Assembly: GCA_963796275.1 (NCBI GenBank)
Contig: CAWCKY010000006.1
Coordinates: 2,496,001 to 2,560,000, forward strand
DNA length: 64,000 bases
Direction of reading: 5' to 3'
Origin: an uncultured Acidobacteriota bacterium
GTDB lineage: Bacteria > Acidobacteriota > Blastocatellia > RBC074
The notes beneath the pieces are model-generated. The model saw nothing but the letters and a program-made list of their open reading frames with translations, searched no databases and was not told the origin of the DNA. Each line of letters starts with the position of its first letter. The first letter of the stretch is position 1. The translations under genes were made by a program, and so were the position numbers. Of the stretch, positions 61,950-64,000 are shown piece by piece.

Positions 61950-62150
61950 TAAGTGAGTTGTCGTCTATTTTGCCGGCCTCGGCATCGGGGCTCCCCTTAC
62001 ACAGAGACGAATTACCCATTGCGTGGCCTCGCATAGGATTGCCCCTCAATCGCAACGATCATTCATCTCGGGACCGAGAGGTCGATGGGTTCGAGTCCAT
62101 TCGCCCCGACTCGGAGAAGCAATAAGTTACGGGTTCCGAATGGAAGCCAA

Positions 62151-63404
62151 TTACCTCTCCGTCGCGTAGGTAATGCCCGAATACTGCATCTCTTCCCATG
62201 TCTGCTCGCCCCAGCGCACCGTGACTTTCGGGTCGGGATTCCAGGGATTCCCCACCGAATTGTCGTAGTGTGCCGTCGCTTCGAGCCGTGCGCCCTTAGG
62301 TACGGCCAGCGGCTTGGCGTAGATGTAATACGTCTGCCAATTAAAATCATACTTGGGGACGGACAGCACGACTTCCTTGCGGCCATCGGGGTAGACGAGC
62401 CTGTACTCCCAACTCTTGCCGCGCAGGTGAGTATGCGGGAAAAGCGCGAAAATTTGCACGTCCTCGTTGAATTCAATCGCCGACTCGACCGATTCGTTGC
62501 TGGCACCCGGCGGTATGCGCAACAGCGGGTTGGCAAAGGCGCTCGATCGGACTTCCAGTTGCGGCGGCTGCTTGGCGAAGATGATGCCGACGCTTGAGGT
62601 ATCGCTGGCTGCCGTGCCGTTTGTCGTGTAGTGCATCTGGAACGTCAGCACGGAACCGGACTTGAGACGTAGCGCCGTGCCGGGTTTGAAAATCATCGCG
62701 TTCGTGCCCGGCGCGGTCGTGGCGATCAATGAGCCCGGCATTTGCCGGCGCGCGCCGGCAGACAGTTGCGGCACGACTTGTTTGTAGGCCGCCGACTGCG
62801 GCTCTGCTCCGCCCGGCTCGCGGCAAAACACCAGGATGTGATGCACGACGCTGCGCGCGCCGGGGCGCACTTCGATGGCCTGCACCCATTTGTCTTCAGT
62901 GAAATTCGTCGGTGCCTGGAAATACTGATAATCAATTGTGCCTTCCCCCGGCACTGCATATGGTTTTGGCATGCTGATGACCGCGTCGGGCGTGCCGATT
63001 TCCCAGCCATCGGCGAATTTCGGCGCGGGCGGCAAATCCTTGGCCTCGCCTTTCAGCGCGCCGCTGCCCACCCAAGCAATCAGCGTCGCTTTCTCTTGTT
63101 CACTCAAGCGCCGGTCGTTTGAGAACGTGCCGTGCGATTCCGCCGCGTGCCAGGGCGGCATCTGTCCGCTGGCGACTTGTTCGCGGATAGCTTTGGCCCA
63201 GGGGCGCGCTTGTTCGTAGGTCAGCAAAGACATCGGCGCGATGTCGCCGGGGCGATGGCAACTCGCGCAATGCTTGTAGAGAATCGGCGCCACGTCTTTG
63301 GTGAACGTCGGCGACCCCGCCGTCGTTTGGGGCGTGCGCGCCGAGAAGAAAACTAAAAGCATAGCACCCAATGCCGCTACGCCCGTCAGGCGAGTCCTTG
63401 TCAT
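62151..63404 (-). CDS. Cytochrome c + copper type II (PHM/DBH-like) monooxygenase-domain protein
   Basis: CASCH heme motif, MPPW, VVHHIL, FQMHY, PHTHLRGK, YDFNWQ, EEM. Confidence 0.85.
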   Translation of the reverse strand: MTRTRLTGVAALGAMLLVFFSARTPQTTAGSPTFTKDVAPILYKHCASCHRPGDIAPMSLLTYEQARPWAKAIREQVASGQMPPWHAAESHGTFSNDRRLSEQEKATLIAWVGSGALKGEAKDLPPAPKFADGWEIGTPDAVISMPKPYAVPGEGTIDYQYFQAPTNFTEDKWVQAIEVRPGARSVVHHILVFCREPGGAEPQSAAYKQVVPQLSAGARRQMPGSLIATTAPGTNAMIFKPGTALRLKSGSVLTFQMHYTTNGTAASDTSSVGIIFAKQPPQLEVRSSAFANPLLRIPPGASNESVESAIEFNEDVQIFALFPHTHLRGKSWEYRLVYPDGRKEVVLSVPKYDFNWQTYYIYAKPLAVPKGARLEATAHYDNSVGNPWNPDPKVTVRWGEQTWEEMQYSGITYATER

Positions 63405-63607
63405 ATCAATTCCTCTCTTATTGATCCAAGTTGCTTGGCAGCAAACGGCCTAATTCGCCGCGCTTTTAAGCGCGCCGCCGCCCAGCCGGCCGGTGAGCAT
63501 GATGGGCAGATCATTACCTTGGTTGCCGAGAGGAAGAGGCGGAAAAGAAGCACCAGAGTGATTTTCACCCTTCCTCTCGGCCAAAGCAAAGCCAAAGGGA
63601 TATCAGA

Positions 63608-64000
63608 TCACTTCTGTTGTTGGTTGTCGTAATTGATCATCCAGTGAATTCCAAACTTGTCGCGAAAGGAGCCGAAATAAGCACCCCAGAACACGTCCTG
63701 GAGCGGCATCTCCACGTTTCCTCCGGCGGAGAGTCCGTTGAAGAGTCGTTCTGCTTCCTCTCTGCTCTCCGGCTGGATGGCAATGTGCATGTTATTGCCG
63801 AACGTAAGTTTTTGCCCAAACGATTCAAGCGCATCGGTCCCCATCAGGAGGTTACCTTTACCGATAGGCAAGGAAACGTGCATGATCTTGTCTTTATCCC
63901 CCTGAGGAACATCACCGGCATGCGGCGTGTCCTTGAATCGTTGCAAGGTGACAAATTCTCCGCCGAACACAGATTTGTAGAAGTTGAACGCCTCCTCAGT
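63608..64000 (-). CDS. PhnB-like VOC family protein (5'-partial, runs off window end)
   Basis: EEAFNFYKSVFGGE..IMHVSL..LSAGG.VEMPLQDVFWGAYFG..DKFGIHWMIN. Confidence 0.9.
   Translation of the reverse strand, partial: TEEAFNFYKSVFGGEFVTLQRFKDTPHAGDVPQGDKDKIMHVSLPIGKGNLLMGTDALESFGQKLTFGNNMHIAIQPESREEAERLFNGLSAGGNVEMPLQDVFWGAYFGSFRDKFGIHWMINYDNQQQK

Overview
Moderately GC-rich bacterial DNA with an Acidobacteriota-like (probably Blastocatellia-like) gene content: PadR/ADOP permease pairs and several Oar-type TonB-dependent receptors (TBDRs). It is an accessory, heavily rearranged region with no rRNA, tRNA or CRISPR array. Highlights: (1) A candidate organoarsenical uptake/processing system at about 15.6-29.4 kb: TBDR, PhyH-type Fe(II)/2OG dioxygenase, MFS, an ArsI (CCYA) C-As lyase domain fused to a truncated methyltransferase-like domain, ArsR, and a second fusion of a divergent CC-bearing VOC domain to the arsenosugar-associated AhpD-like peroxidase. 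(2) A Moco-class riboswitch lacking P3 (Tuco-like) in front of a TBDR and a molybdopterin-binding-domain gene, next to a Mop/TOBE gene. (3) Many small mobile or decay signatures: two inverted copies of a ~530-bp REP-rich element, a 247-bp MITE with an 8-bp target duplication, two degenerate attC sites (CALIN), two IS605/TnpB right-end-like remnants, a DDE transposase plus a distant remnant of its 5' end, and three TBDR 5'-end remnants. All family assignments come from motif recognition by eye; no database searches were run.
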